From Candidatus Aminicenantales bacterium (GTDB lineage: Bacteria > Acidobacteriota > Aminicenantia > Aminicenantales > UBA4085): 64,000 bases of DNA. A model generated the notes under the pieces. That model had not been told where the DNA came from. It saw nothing but the letters and a program-made list of their open reading frames with translations, and made no database searches. Positions 37,746-47,254 of the stretch are shown in pieces. Positions within the stretch are counted from its first letter, which is position 1, and the number at the start of each line of letters is the position of its first letter. The DNA lies in contig JBEKTZ010000009.1 in the NCBI GenBank assembly GCA_049515535.1, positions 62,001 to 126,000 of the forward strand, read 5' to 3'. Position numbers and translations under genes: made by a program.

Positions 37746-38741
37746 TCAAAAACGGGGTCCGATTCCCGCATCGGAAGATTTGGCCAGAACATAGTAATTT
37801 CCGGAAAGCCGATCCCCGGGCGCCAGGAAATCCACGACCTTATAGCCTCGCGCGAAAAGACGGAGGAACGCCTCCCTGGTCATCATCCGCCACGCGACGG
37901 GGATCTCGCGGACGCGAGGATCGTCGACATCCGTTTCCCGGAGCATAAGATAAAAATCGCGCGGGATGCGGAGAAGCAGGAATTCCCCCCCTCGCTCCGG
38001 ACGAAGACCGCGAACGATCTCTAAAGGCTCGGGCCGGGATCTCCCCATGACGCTCGCCTCCTCGACGTCAAGCACGCCGTGGTCCGCCTCGGACAAATCC
38101 TCGAACCTGTCTTCCCGACGGCGGACCTTTTTTCTCAAGTCCCAGGTCATGAAAAACCGGTCCGTCGGGACATCGAGCCTGTTCAAATGGCCGCCGTAAG
38201 CCCCATACGTGGCCGTCCGGTATTCATGGACTTCCATCCCGAAATGATGAATGTTCCGCCGGGCGTTCACGCCGGTCAATGGATCGAAAGTGCAGGTGAC
38301 GGTGGTGAGGCCGAAGACTTCGACCAGGATTTCCCTCTGAAATTCTTTGATCGAGACCCCGAGCCCGCCGCCCTGGAAAGAGGGAAGAACACAGGTGTAT
38401 TGCGAGTAGAACCAGATATTGTCCAGGGATTTAAAGCCGACGGCCTTGTTCTTGATGCCGACGAACCCGTACGAAAAGCCGACGAGACCGGTCTTATCCT
38501 CGACGATGCGGCCCGCCTGGTCCTCGGCATAGACGGCGATGAACAAGCTGCTTCCGTCATGAAGAAAATTCTCGCACATCATGTTCCTGGGGCCGGGCAT
38601 GTTGTCCTCGGGAAATCCCCAGATCTCGTTGCGCAGTTCCTCGTACTTCGCGTAATCGGCGGCCTCGGCGGAATTCTCGACCTTGAGCAGAAACCTCCGC
38701 TTTTTGACCGTCGCGATCTTTTCGAGCCGGAGCATGTTCAA
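37746..38741 (-). CDS. GNAT-superfamily acetyltransferase (COG3375-like)
   Basis: LVGFSYGF, YSQYTCVLP.FQG.GLG..IK..QRE, CTFDPL..NARRN, PTDRF..W. Confidence 0.75.
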   Translation of the reverse strand: MNMLRLEKIATVKKRRFLLKVENSAEAADYAKYEELRNEIWGFPEDNMPGPRNMMCENFLHDGSSLFIAVYAEDQAGRIVEDKTGLVGFSYGFVGIKNKAVGFKSLDNIWFYSQYTCVLPSFQGGGLGVSIKEFQREILVEVFGLTTVTCTFDPLTGVNARRNIHHFGMEVHEYRTATYGAYGGHLNRLDVPTDRFFMTWDLRKKVRRREDRFEDLSEADHGVLDVEEASVMGRSRPEPLEIVRGLRPERGGEFLLLRIPRDFYLMLRETDVDDPRVREIPVAWRMMTREAFLRLFARGYKVVDFLAPGDRLSGNYYVLAKSSDAGIGPRF

Positions 38742-38886
38742 GCCGAAATTTTAGTCCAGGTTCCGGACCGTTGCAAACAAAAGATTTTTATGGAAGAAGA
38801 GTCCTGACTCATTCGTCTCTATAAAGGGAGCTCTTTTTTGACAGATTTGCATAAAGATGATAATAACTCTATAAGGTCCGTTGGTG

Positions 38887-39849
38887 ATGCCGAATAAACA
38901 AAGGATAACGCTCTCGGGCCGGAAAATCGCCTTCATCGTCAACCCGAGATCCGCCAAGAACAAATGGCTGCGGACGCCGAAGCTCCGCCAATTCTTTCAC
39001 CGGAGGTTCCCGGGACGCGTCTACGACCAGGTTCTCGACAAAACCGGAATGATCGAGCTGGCCGAAAAACTCAGCCGGGTAAATGACGTCCTCATCGCCT
39101 TCGGAGGAGACGGGACGCTGGCCGACGTCATGCAGGGGATCATGAATTCGGGCCGGCAAGCGGACGTTCTCCTCGGCATCATTCCCCTCGGAAGCGGCAA
39201 CGCGGTCTGCGGATCTCTCCAAATCCCGAAACAGATCAGAAAAGCCGTGAAGGTTTTGAGGACCGGCCGGCCCAGGCCCATCGACCTCATCGAGATCGGA
39301 GGGCAGATCGCGAACTTCGTCAGCATCGGCGCCACGGCGATAGTGACCCACAAAACGTCGCAATCCAAAGTGAAAGGGTTCCTAGGGCACCTTCTCGCGA
39401 GCCGGGTGATGATCACCCACCCGCGCCAGGAAATGGAAATCGAGCTTTTTGAGGGAAAAGACAAAAAGGGCCGGACATTCGACCGGAAGACCATGAAGCT
39501 CAAGCTGTTCGACTGCATCATCAACAAGACGAATTATTTCGGCTACAACTGGATCATCGCCCCGAGGGCCCGGATCGATGACGGGTACCTCGACATCACG
39601 CTTTTCGACATCCGGGCTTTCAGCTACCTCTTCAATTTTCCGCTGATCTACATGGGCCACTACCAGAAGATCCTCAAGCATTACAAGGTGAAGAGCATGA
39701 TCGTCCGGGGCAAGGATCTGTACATTCAATATAACGGCGAAATCATGCCGAGCCGGGATGAAATCGAAATCCGGGTGCTGCCCAAGGCCCTGAGCGTGAT
39801 TGTCCCGCGCAAGCGCGCCAAGCAGGGACCGCCGGCTTCCCGATTTTAG
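38887..39849 (+). CDS. diacylglycerol/lipid kinase family protein (YegS/DagK-like)
   Basis: IVNPRS, FGGDGT, IIPLGSGN, ARIDDGYLD. Confidence 0.85.
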   Translation: MPNKQRITLSGRKIAFIVNPRSAKNKWLRTPKLRQFFHRRFPGRVYDQVLDKTGMIELAEKLSRVNDVLIAFGGDGTLADVMQGIMNSGRQADVLLGIIPLGSGNAVCGSLQIPKQIRKAVKVLRTGRPRPIDLIEIGGQIANFVSIGATAIVTHKTSQSKVKGFLGHLLASRVMITHPRQEMEIELFEGKDKKGRTFDRKTMKLKLFDCIINKTNYFGYNWIIAPRARIDDGYLDITLFDIRAFSYLFNFPLIYMGHYQKILKHYKVKSMIVRGKDLYIQYNGEIMPSRDEIEIRVLPKALSVIVPRKRAKQGPPASRF

Positions 39850-39915
39850 TCAAGGGACGAGCCTTCGCGGCGGAAATGGACCCCCGGGCAAAGCCCGGGG
39901 CCCCGTCCGCCGTTG
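39848..39915. repeat. dispersed REP-like hairpin repeat, copy 2
   Basis: Matches 6955-7020; hairpin CCCCGGGC-AAA-GCCCGGGG; lies between convergent genes. Confidence 0.7.
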
Positions 39916-39919
39916 AGGA

Positions 39920-40330
39920 CTAGGCGCGCAGGCTCGCCGTGATCTCGAAGGCGGGCGGCTGGGCCAGATGATTCTTGACCGTGCATTGATCGGCCGCTTT
40001 GACGACCGCGGCTTTGTATTTCCCGGGAAAATCCGGAGGCAAGGAGATCTCGATCCCGATCTTTCCGACCATCCGGGTCTTTGGATTTCGCTCGATCCTC
40101 ACCCCTAAAAAAACGCCTTCTGTCGGGATCCGGCGCTCCTGGCAAAAAGCCGCGACGAAATAGCCGGCGCACGTGCCGAGCGAGGCCAGGAAGAGGTCGA
40201 ACGGCGAAGGCGCCGAGTTTTCTCCGCCGGCATAAGCCGGCTGGTCGGTTTTGATCACGAAGCCTTTATATTGCGCTTCGACCCGGACTCCTCCGGGAAG
40301 CGATACGCGCATGGTTTCATCGCCCATCAT
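39920..40330 (-). CDS. OsmC-family protein
   Basis: TDQP..GG...PSPFDLFLASLGTC ... ADQCTVK. Confidence 0.85.
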   Translation of the reverse strand: MMGDETMRVSLPGGVRVEAQYKGFVIKTDQPAYAGGENSAPSPFDLFLASLGTCAGYFVAAFCQERRIPTEGVFLGVRIERNPKTRMVGKIGIEISLPPDFPGKYKAAVVKAADQCTVKNHLAQPPAFEITASLRA

Positions 40331-41030
40331 CGGTCTCCTTTCCTTTTCCGTCGAGCCCTTTATAAAAGACCGCCAACAGGAGTCTCCGGTCCTTATCCGT
40401 CATGGCCAGCCTCCCGAACAGGTCGAAGATCATCTCCGTGACGTGGCTCTGATTTTTCTCGTGCATGAACCTTCGCCTCTTCAAGATCTCGAGGATCCGG
40501 CGGATGGCGGCGTCCTGCTCGGCGCGCGGGAGCGGCGGATCCGCCGCCGGCTTTTCGGCCGGAAGCGAGGCGGCGAAAATATGAAAGAGGGTCAGGAGAA
40601 CGGCGGACGCCAAATTATACGACGGCTGGCGGAGGGCCTGGGGAATGATGAACCGGAAATTCGAATGCCGCATTTCCGCGGATGTCAGTCCGGTCCGTTC
40701 GTTGCCGAAAAGGAGCCCGATCCTCGCGCCGGCGGGCGCCGCCGTCATTTTTTCGACCGCGTCCGCGAGAGGCATGACGGGAAAATTCTTGCGCGCCTTG
40801 GCCGTAGCCGCGAAAATGACGTTCAGGTCCGCCACGGCGGAGCCGAGGTCGGGGAACATCCGCGCGTTTTCGAGGACGTCGCGGGCATGGACCGCGGTCT
40901 TGAAGGCCTTGCCGTCGAGCTTCCTGATTCCCGTCAAGCGCAGGTCTTTGAACCCCGTATTCTTCATGGCCCGGGCGGCCAGACCGATGTTCTCAGGGCT
41001 CTCGGGCCGCGCCAGGATGATCGAAAACAT
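40317..41030 (-). CDS. TrmJ/LasT-family SPOUT RNA methyltransferase
   Basis: PESPENIGLAARAMKNTG, LFGNERTGLT, PSYNLASAV. Confidence 0.85.
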   Translation of the reverse strand: MFSIILARPESPENIGLAARAMKNTGFKDLRLTGIRKLDGKAFKTAVHARDVLENARMFPDLGSAVADLNVIFAATAKARKNFPVMPLADAVEKMTAAPAGARIGLLFGNERTGLTSAEMRHSNFRFIIPQALRQPSYNLASAVLLTLFHIFAASLPAEKPAADPPLPRAEQDAAIRRILEILKRRRFMHEKNQSHVTEMIFDLFGRLAMTDKDRRLLLAVFYKGLDGKGKETDDGR

Positions 41031-41164
41031 GGGCTTATTATATAAGAAAACCGGGATCGGGCGTACCTATTTGACATTCTCCGATGGAGGATTAATACTT
41101 AGTGACCGCGATCGAAGGCGGATGGTTGCGCCCGCGCCCAATTCAGGAACAAAGGGAGTTTGAT

Positions 41165-41704
41165 ATGGTCGACAAAAAGAAGTTTGAACGGCTTTTCAAA
41201 ACCCACGGATTCGACGATTTCCGCTGGATCGACCCCAAAGAGATCGTCGTCGCCCAATGGGTCCGGATGAAATGCATTTTCGGCTGCTCGGGATACGGCA
41301 AAAACGCCTGCTGTCCTCCCAATACGCCAAACATCGCCGAGTGCGAACGTTTTTTCCGCGAATACAAGACCGCCGCGATCTTCCATTTCGAGAAAAAGGT
41401 GGACAAGCCCGAAGACCGGCACGCCTGGTCGCGCGGGATCAACGCCAGGCTCCTCAAGCTCGAACAGGCCGTCTTTCTTGGCGGCCGGGTCAAAGCTTTT
41501 CTGATGTTCATGGACACCTGTTCGATCTGCAAGGACTGCGTCGAACGGCGTTCGGACTGCAAGGAGCCGAAGCTCGGCCGGCCCGGAGCGGACGCGATGG
41601 GCATCGATGTTTTTTCGACCGTCCTCAAGGCCGGGTATCCGATCGAGGTCCTGTCCGATTACCATCAGGCCATGAACCGCTACGCCTTCCTCTTGATAGA
41701 ATAG
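41165..41704 (+). CDS. DUF2284 Cys-rich metal-binding protein
   Basis: VRMKCIFGC..YG..ACCPP, CSICKDC, RPGADAMGIDVFST. Confidence 0.8.
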   Translation: MVDKKKFERLFKTHGFDDFRWIDPKEIVVAQWVRMKCIFGCSGYGKNACCPPNTPNIAECERFFREYKTAAIFHFEKKVDKPEDRHAWSRGINARLLKLEQAVFLGGRVKAFLMFMDTCSICKDCVERRSDCKEPKLGRPGADAMGIDVFSTVLKAGYPIEVLSDYHQAMNRYAFLLIE

Positions 41705-41744
41705 AAGGAGACCTCCGCGACGATCTGACCGGATATTTCGATTG

Positions 41745-42956
41745 ATGAAAAAAAAGATCTTGCTGTCGGCTTCGCTGTTTCACGCGCTGACCGACGCGGC
41801 CACTGTCATCACCCCCATGATCTTTCCGATCCTGTACAGCCGGAAATTCCTCATCACGAGCTATTCCCAGATCGGCCTCCTCTCCAATCTCGGCCTCCTC
41901 ATCACGTTCGTCATTCAGTTCCTCGTCGTCCGGCTCTCGTTCCGTCATGAATACCGCACGATGATGTTCGTCAGCGGCCTGGGCATCTGCGCCTCGATGG
42001 CTCTCGTTCCCTTTGCCCGATCCTTCGCCGCTCTTGTCCTTTTTTTCATCCTGATCCGGATCTCCGCCAGCTTCTATCATCCGATCGTCGTCGCCTGGAT
42101 CTCCAAATCCCGGGCGGGTTCGGGCAAGGACCTGGACGACGCCATGGGCATCCAGAGCGGCTCGGGAAACGTCGGCGTCTTCCTGGCCTTCCTGACCGTC
42201 GGATTCCTGGCCCAGCGCTGGAACTGGAAATTGCCGCTGTTCGTCTGGAGTCTGTTCGGCCTCATCCTGGGAACGTTCGGCCTTCTCGCCCTTCGCGGAG
42301 TCTCTTCCCGGAGCGACGAGCGGCCGGCCCTTCACGCTGCCGCTTGGGTCAGCTCGCTTCGCGAAATCAGGCGTTACATCCCCGGCTTTTGCTTCGGCGG
42401 CATGGGCTGGTCGGTCACGATTTTTTATGCCCCTTCTCTCCTCAATCATAAATTCCAAATCCCGATGGGACAGACGGGTTTGTATCTCGCCCTCTGGATC
42501 GGCCTGGGCACCATCACGGGATACGGCTACGGCGTCTGGAGCCGGCGCTTCGGCCGGAAAAACGTCTTTTTATTGAGTCTGGGAGGAGCCGTCATCAGCC
42601 TTTTCCTGATCGGCTTCGCCCCGCACAAGGCTCTGGCCGTGGCCGGGCTGCTGGCTTTCGGCGGATTCCTCTTGATGACCTATCCGTCGCTCCACACGTT
42701 CGTCGGATCGACGGTCCGGCCCGCGGGCCAGACGATGGCGTTCAGCTGGGTGTCCAATATCCAGCTTCTCTCGGGAGCGCTCGTCACCCTCGTCTCCGGC
42801 TTCGTTTCGGACCGCATTGGCATCCAATTCCCCTTCATTTTAACGGGAATCCTGACGCTGGCGATCTTTCTGTTTTATTTCCCCCGCGGACCTGAATTCT
42901 TCGGCGGGACGCAAGAGAACCCGCCCGGCATAGATGTGGCCCCCGCCGCCGTTTGA
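41745..42956 (+). CDS. MFS transporter
   Basis: About 12 TM segments; HALTD, SFYHP, RRFGRK, GFVSDRIG. Confidence 0.85.
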   Translation: MKKKILLSASLFHALTDAATVITPMIFPILYSRKFLITSYSQIGLLSNLGLLITFVIQFLVVRLSFRHEYRTMMFVSGLGICASMALVPFARSFAALVLFFILIRISASFYHPIVVAWISKSRAGSGKDLDDAMGIQSGSGNVGVFLAFLTVGFLAQRWNWKLPLFVWSLFGLILGTFGLLALRGVSSRSDERPALHAAAWVSSLREIRRYIPGFCFGGMGWSVTIFYAPSLLNHKFQIPMGQTGLYLALWIGLGTITGYGYGVWSRRFGRKNVFLLSLGGAVISLFLIGFAPHKALAVAGLLAFGGFLLMTYPSLHTFVGSTVRPAGQTMAFSWVSNIQLLSGALVTLVSGFVSDRIGIQFPFILTGILTLAIFLFYFPRGPEFFGGTQENPPGIDVAPAAV

Positions 42957-42967
42957 AAAAAACCCGT

Positions 42968-43612
42968 TTATTTCTTTTTGTAGCTGACAGCCAGGCTGCT
43001 TCGCGCGGCCGCCATGCTCGTTTCGAAGCCGGAAAGGCCTTTCATGTATTCATAATAAGCGGCCGTTCCGCCGCCGTAGCCTCCCCGCCGTTCCCCGACG
43101 TTGTGGGCGGCGATGCACCCGCCGGCCTCGAGCTTCGGGATCAGGGCCTTGGCGTAATTCGTGTACCAATCCTTGTCCGCGTCGATGAAAACGAAATCGA
43201 ACGAACCCTTGATCTCCTCGACGACCTGGTGGGCGTCCGCGAGCTTCGCTTCGATGACATCGCTCAGCCCAGCCTCCTTGAAATTCGCCAGCGCTTGTCT
43301 ATGCCGCCCCTCGTCGATTTCGACGGTGATCAACTTGCCGCCCGTCTTGCTCAACGCCCAGGCGATCCAGATGCCCGAGTGTCCGGTCGACGTCCCCAGC
43401 TCCAACGCCTTTTTGAAGTTGTTTTTCACGACGAGATCGAACAGCAGCCGGCCGTCCACCTCCGGGACGTTCAAATCCGCCCATTGGTATTTCATTTTGT
43501 CGAGAAAAGTTTTGACTTTCGCGTCCAAGGCCGTCTCTTTTTGCCCGCTCTGCGCGAAAACGGACATACTCAGCGCCGCGATGAGCAGCGTGCTCTGAAA
43601 AAACCGGAACAT
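42968..43612 (-). CDS. class I SAM-dependent O-methyltransferase with apparent signal peptide
   Basis: LELGTSTGHS, ITVEID, FDFVFIDADK, AHNV; AGGAG RBS before ATG 43612. Confidence 0.8.
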   Translation of the reverse strand: MFRFFQSTLLIAALSMSVFAQSGQKETALDAKVKTFLDKMKYQWADLNVPEVDGRLLFDLVVKNNFKKALELGTSTGHSGIWIAWALSKTGGKLITVEIDEGRHRQALANFKEAGLSDVIEAKLADAHQVVEEIKGSFDFVFIDADKDWYTNYAKALIPKLEAGGCIAAHNVGERRGGYGGGTAAYYEYMKGLSGFETSMAAARSSLAVSYKKK

Positions 43613-43814
43613 CTTATCTCTCCTTGTGGGCTTCTCTTGCGCGTTTTGTGCACGCGAGAGCAAGAACAACATTTTCATTATGGCTAATGCCTATTTTGTC
43701 CCGAAAATTATGCGCTTCTCCGAGGCCGAGGTCAATTGCCGGCCAGGATCGGTAGTGGGTCAGTTTGAAATTCATTCTGCTTGCTTTCTTGAGCGCTCAT
43801 GCTATCATTAGGGT

Positions 43815-44036
43815 ATGAAGAAAAATAGAGATGACGTAAATCTGATAGCGACTAGGATAGTATCCGAAACGACGGAAGACGCCGAAAAGCCCAAGCTAAG
43901 GAAGAATCCGGCTGCCGTTGCACTAGGACGGCTAGGGGGATTGAAGGGCGGCAGGGCAAGGGCCGAAAAGTTAAGCTCGGAACGTCGCAAAGAAATAGCA
44001 ATGGGCGCGGCAAAAATTAGATGGAAGAAGAAATAA
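43815..44036 (+). CDS. small basic KGG-motif protein
   Basis: KNPAAVALGRLGGLKGGRARAEKLSSERRKEIA..AA..RW; apparently leaderless after TTGCTT-N16-TATCAT. Confidence 0.75.
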   Translation: MKKNRDDVNLIATRIVSETTEDAEKPKLRKNPAAVALGRLGGLKGGRARAEKLSSERRKEIAMGAAKIRWKKK

Positions 44037-44037
44037 C

Positions 44038-45255
44038 CTAATTCTTTAGCTTATTGATAAGTTCCCTGTCAATCAGTCCGCTATCAAACCCCTGCATTGT
44101 TACAAATGGTTGCATTAGAGGATTGGTGAAGCGAAATCTATACCGATGTTTGACTCCTATTTTGTGCAATAGTTGTCCTCTTCCTGGCTCACAAAAATCA
44201 TTTAAATGTCTTGAAAAACTCGGGATTTCATATTCTTTTCTCATAATTTCGCTTAACGGCTTTCTAATATCAGCGGCAGCAAAATACCCCATATCATCAG
44301 TGTGAGAAAGGGCACAGGCTAATAATACTTGCGCGAATATGTTATCTTTTCTTGGGCTCATTATCGCCCTATGATATGAACTTCTTATTGTTTGTTGGGC
44401 TTGTTGCAGCGCCTTAGATATTGCTGAATCTACATGTTCAATATTAATGTTTTTCTTTCTGTCGTCTATTGCCTTTCTCGCGGCATGAAGGCCCAATAAA
44501 TGAGCATAATGGGGCAATCCCTGAGATAAAAGAGCGATGTGCTCTTTTGCCTCTTTCTCCATTGTCATTTTCAATATATTTAGACCATTGTCTAAGATTT
44601 CAATTAATTCTTCCTTTGACATTCTGGGCATTTTAATTTGAACAAGAGCGCGTTCTATGGATTGATGTTCTTTTATTAATTCGTCTACACTATCTGCTAC
44701 ACCCACTAAAATTATTTTGGCATCAATGGCATTATCAGAAAGAGCCTTGATTGTATCTGCCAAGGCGGCCCTTACTTCCGTTTTTCCAATCCTATCAAAT
44801 TCATCTATAACAATAACGGGAAGACATTGATCTGACAACATTCTTAGGATTTTCCGAACATTATCTGGAAATAAATCCTGATCTTCAAATTGTCCTCGTA
44901 TATCAATAAATGTCAGCTCTGTTTGTTCACCAAATCCGATTCTTTTTGTTCCCCCCGCTATTTGTATTTCAGAGAATATTTTATCCCATAAGGTTGAGAA
45001 ATTGTCAGTTGAATCACAATTTTTATGGACGATGAGAAGGCCGGAGTTGCTACCAAATACATTTGCGAGAGAGGTTTTTCCTACGCCCCGTTCTCCAAAA
45101 ATAATCGCATGCTGACCTTTTTGGTTAAGAACGTCAATTATTTGCCTCATCTGTTCTTTTCTTCCGGCGAAAAGTTGTTCTTCGTTAATGGGCGTCGCCG
45201 GAGTAAAAACCTTTCCAGCGGTAATGGATAATCTCCCCCAATGAATCAAGGCCAT
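44038..45255 (-). CDS. AAA+ ATPase (Cdc6/ORC1- or STAND-like) with probable C-terminal winged helix
   Basis: FTPATP...FAGR, Walker A GERGVGKT, Walker B VIVIDEFD, GLPHYAHL, C-terminal YRFRFTNPL. Confidence 0.8.
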   Translation of the reverse strand: MALIHWGRLSITAGKVFTPATPINEEQLFAGRKEQMRQIIDVLNQKGQHAIIFGERGVGKTSLANVFGSNSGLLIVHKNCDSTDNFSTLWDKIFSEIQIAGGTKRIGFGEQTELTFIDIRGQFEDQDLFPDNVRKILRMLSDQCLPVIVIDEFDRIGKTEVRAALADTIKALSDNAIDAKIILVGVADSVDELIKEHQSIERALVQIKMPRMSKEELIEILDNGLNILKMTMEKEAKEHIALLSQGLPHYAHLLGLHAARKAIDDRKKNINIEHVDSAISKALQQAQQTIRSSYHRAIMSPRKDNIFAQVLLACALSHTDDMGYFAAADIRKPLSEIMRKEYEIPSFSRHLNDFCEPGRGQLLHKIGVKHRYRFRFTNPLMQPFVTMQGFDSGLIDRELINKLKN

Positions 45256-45388
45256 AATTTATCTCCGATCTTGCATTACATAAAGAAATATCATGCATTA
45301 TAAAGATCGTCAAGTATTCTTAACGACGCATGGACAGTTTGTCTAATTAAGCCTACGACGCCTACGCGACGGGTAAGTAAAATATTAC

Positions 45389-45417
45389 TTGACATTGCTT
45401 GAGCGGTCAAGTATACT
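45389..45417 (+). promoter_or_regulatory. transposase promoter with internal palindrome
   Basis: TTGACA-N17-TATACT ending 6 nt before ATG 45424; spacer holds TGCTTGAGCGGTCAAGTA. Confidence 0.65.
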
Positions 45418-45895
45418 GTATGCATGAACAAGCTAAATCGAGAGAAGCAAGCCCAGGTTGTCGCGGCCCTTGTTGAGGGAAATTCTATCCGGGCAACCGT
45501 TCGGATGACGGGCGTTGCTAAGAATACAATCGTCAAGCTCTTGGCCGATCTTGGACTTGCTTGTGCTGAATATCAAGATAGAGTATTTAAAAATCTTCCT
45601 TGCAAAAGAATCCAATGCGATGAGATTTGGTCTTTCTGCCATGCCAAAGAAAAGAACGTTCCCAAAGAAAAGAAGGGGCAATTCGGATATGGCGATGTTT
45701 GGACATTCACGGCTATTTGCTCCGACACTAAACTAGTCCCCTCATGGTTAATCGGAAATAGAGATCAAGAAAATGCTACTATCTTTCTCGAAGATTTGGC
45801 CGGGAGGCTTGCCAATCGAGTCCAACTTACTGCAGACGGACACAAAATGTATATTGATGCGGTAGAAAAAGCCTTTGGAAGTGATATTGATTTTA

Positions 45896-46502
45896 GTCAA
45901 TGACCCCGCGGCAAGCCGCGGGGCATCAAGAGCGCAGCTTCAAAGCCAGCTGCGCAGGCCCGTGCTTCAATTCCCGGTGGCTAATGATATATTTTCGTAT
46001 CACCTCACTCGTCATCCGGTCTCCGACCGTCCTGGCAAAGTACCCATCCTCCCATAATTCCCCGCCCCAGAGTCTCTTCTTCAGTCCCGGGAACTCGCGA
46101 AACAGCCCCCGCCCACTCTGGCTTTTTATGATTCGGACCGCCTCCCCAATCGAACGCGATGGCGGGAACGATACGAGCAGATGAATGTGATCCTCTATGA
46201 GTTCCATCTCTTCAATCTCGATATCTTAGGCTTCGCAGATCTCCACGATCATCTGTTTCGCTCGTTCCCGGACATCTTCCCGCTCAAAGATCTTCTTTCG
46301 ATACTTCGGGCACCAGACCAGATGGTAGGACGTGTCGTAGACCGAATGACTCGTTCGTCGGAGCGTCACCCCTGTAATTTATCATACTCCCGAGCACGGG
46401 CCTAGCTGGATAAGGGGGACTTTCCGGTCCCCCTTATAACCCCCTCGGAACGGCATGCATTCTTCCCCGCGGCAAGCCGCGGGGCATGCTGCAAAGGGTT
46501 TC
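45896..46502 (-). mobile_element. IS200-type element (IS200/IS605 family, tnpA only), 607 bp
   Basis: Identical subterminal hairpins CCCCGCGGCAAGCCGCGGGG at 45904-45923 and 46465-46484; GTCAA(T) at both junctions (TTGAC on the element strand). Confidence 0.9.
45926..46369 (-). pseudogene. tnpA: Y1 HUH transposase with an in-frame TAA
   Basis: GTG 46369: ...YHLVWCPKYRK...EICEA*DIEIEEMELIEDHIHLL...LWEDGYF...KYI; stop at 46226-46228. Confidence 0.88.
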
Positions 46503-46855
46503 GTCAATTGACAAAAATATATGGTCAGGCCGTCGAAGGACAAAAGAGATATAGTCCCCCTGTCTGTATCGGCGCGATAAAGCAGAAAATAAACGGCAAT
46601 CCCGAAAACGATAAAATATCTACAAGCTATGTAGAACGACAGAATTTAACCATGCGAATGAATATGCGGAGATTCACTAGGTTAACAAACGCCTTTTCAA
46701 AGAAAGTAGAAAATCTTTATTATGCCGTGGCTCTTCATTTCATGTATTACAATTTCTGTCGTATTCATCAGACATTGAGGGTTACCCCAGCGATGGAAGC
46801 TAAAGTGACAGATCATATTTGGACAATTAAGGAATTGTTGCGATTGATTTAAGAG

Positions 46856-47254
46856 CTATATCTGCTTAAATTTTTTTATATTACCGCTTAAAAAATCACT
46901 TTGAATTTCATTAGCAATATCCCAATTGACACTGCCATAATTAAATAAAGACCTTTTAACATCAGACATATAAAATGGCAATATGACGGCCTTATCAGTA
47001 AGCACTAGATTCATTAATCTATATCCCTCATTCCCCCCGACATACATTTTTCTAACTTTTCCAACGAGAGCGGGGTTTCTATTTTCGTGAAAAAGAACAT
47101 TCTGACTTCCGGTGGGATCGCTTTTTAATTTTTGGAAAGCGGTATGTATTTGAGTTACAATTTGATCTTTCTCAGATTTAGGCAGTTGTTCGACAAAGCT
47201 TCGTATTTGGGCTTCTATTCTTACATGAATAAGAAGACTAAATGATCGAGCCAA
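46856..47254 (-). CDS. hypothetical protein, possibly a RelE/ParE-fold toxin
   Basis: 132 aa; two helices then KLKSDP...VRKMYVGG..GYRLM beta pattern; overlaps the upstream ORF. Confidence 0.5.
   Translation of the reverse strand: MARSFSLLIHVRIEAQIRSFVEQLPKSEKDQIVTQIHTAFQKLKSDPTGSQNVLFHENRNPALVGKVRKMYVGGNEGYRLMNLVLTDKAVILPFYMSDVKRSLFNYGSVNWDIANEIQSDFLSGNIKKFKQI

Larger units (their letters stand above)
45424..46852 (+). pseudogene. IS1-family DDE transposase interrupted by IS200
   Basis: 45424-45900 joins 46508-46852 in frame (DIDFSQ|LTKIYG), giving 273 aa; HTH plus QCDEIW / TADGH / YVERQN. Confidence 0.9.

Noticed and set aside
45352..45370. Short tandem CCTACG(A/C)CG repeat upstream of the transposase
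   Set aside because: Only two short imperfect units; not distinguishable from chance.
46226..46228. In-frame stop in tnpA as possible recoding
   Set aside because: It is TAA, used as a normal stop throughout the window; a single nonsense mutation is the simpler explanation.
45896..46502. Possible TnpB/IscB RNA-guided nuclease system
   Set aside because: The element is only 607 bp and tnpA ends at the terminal hairpin; there is no room for tnpB or an omega RNA.
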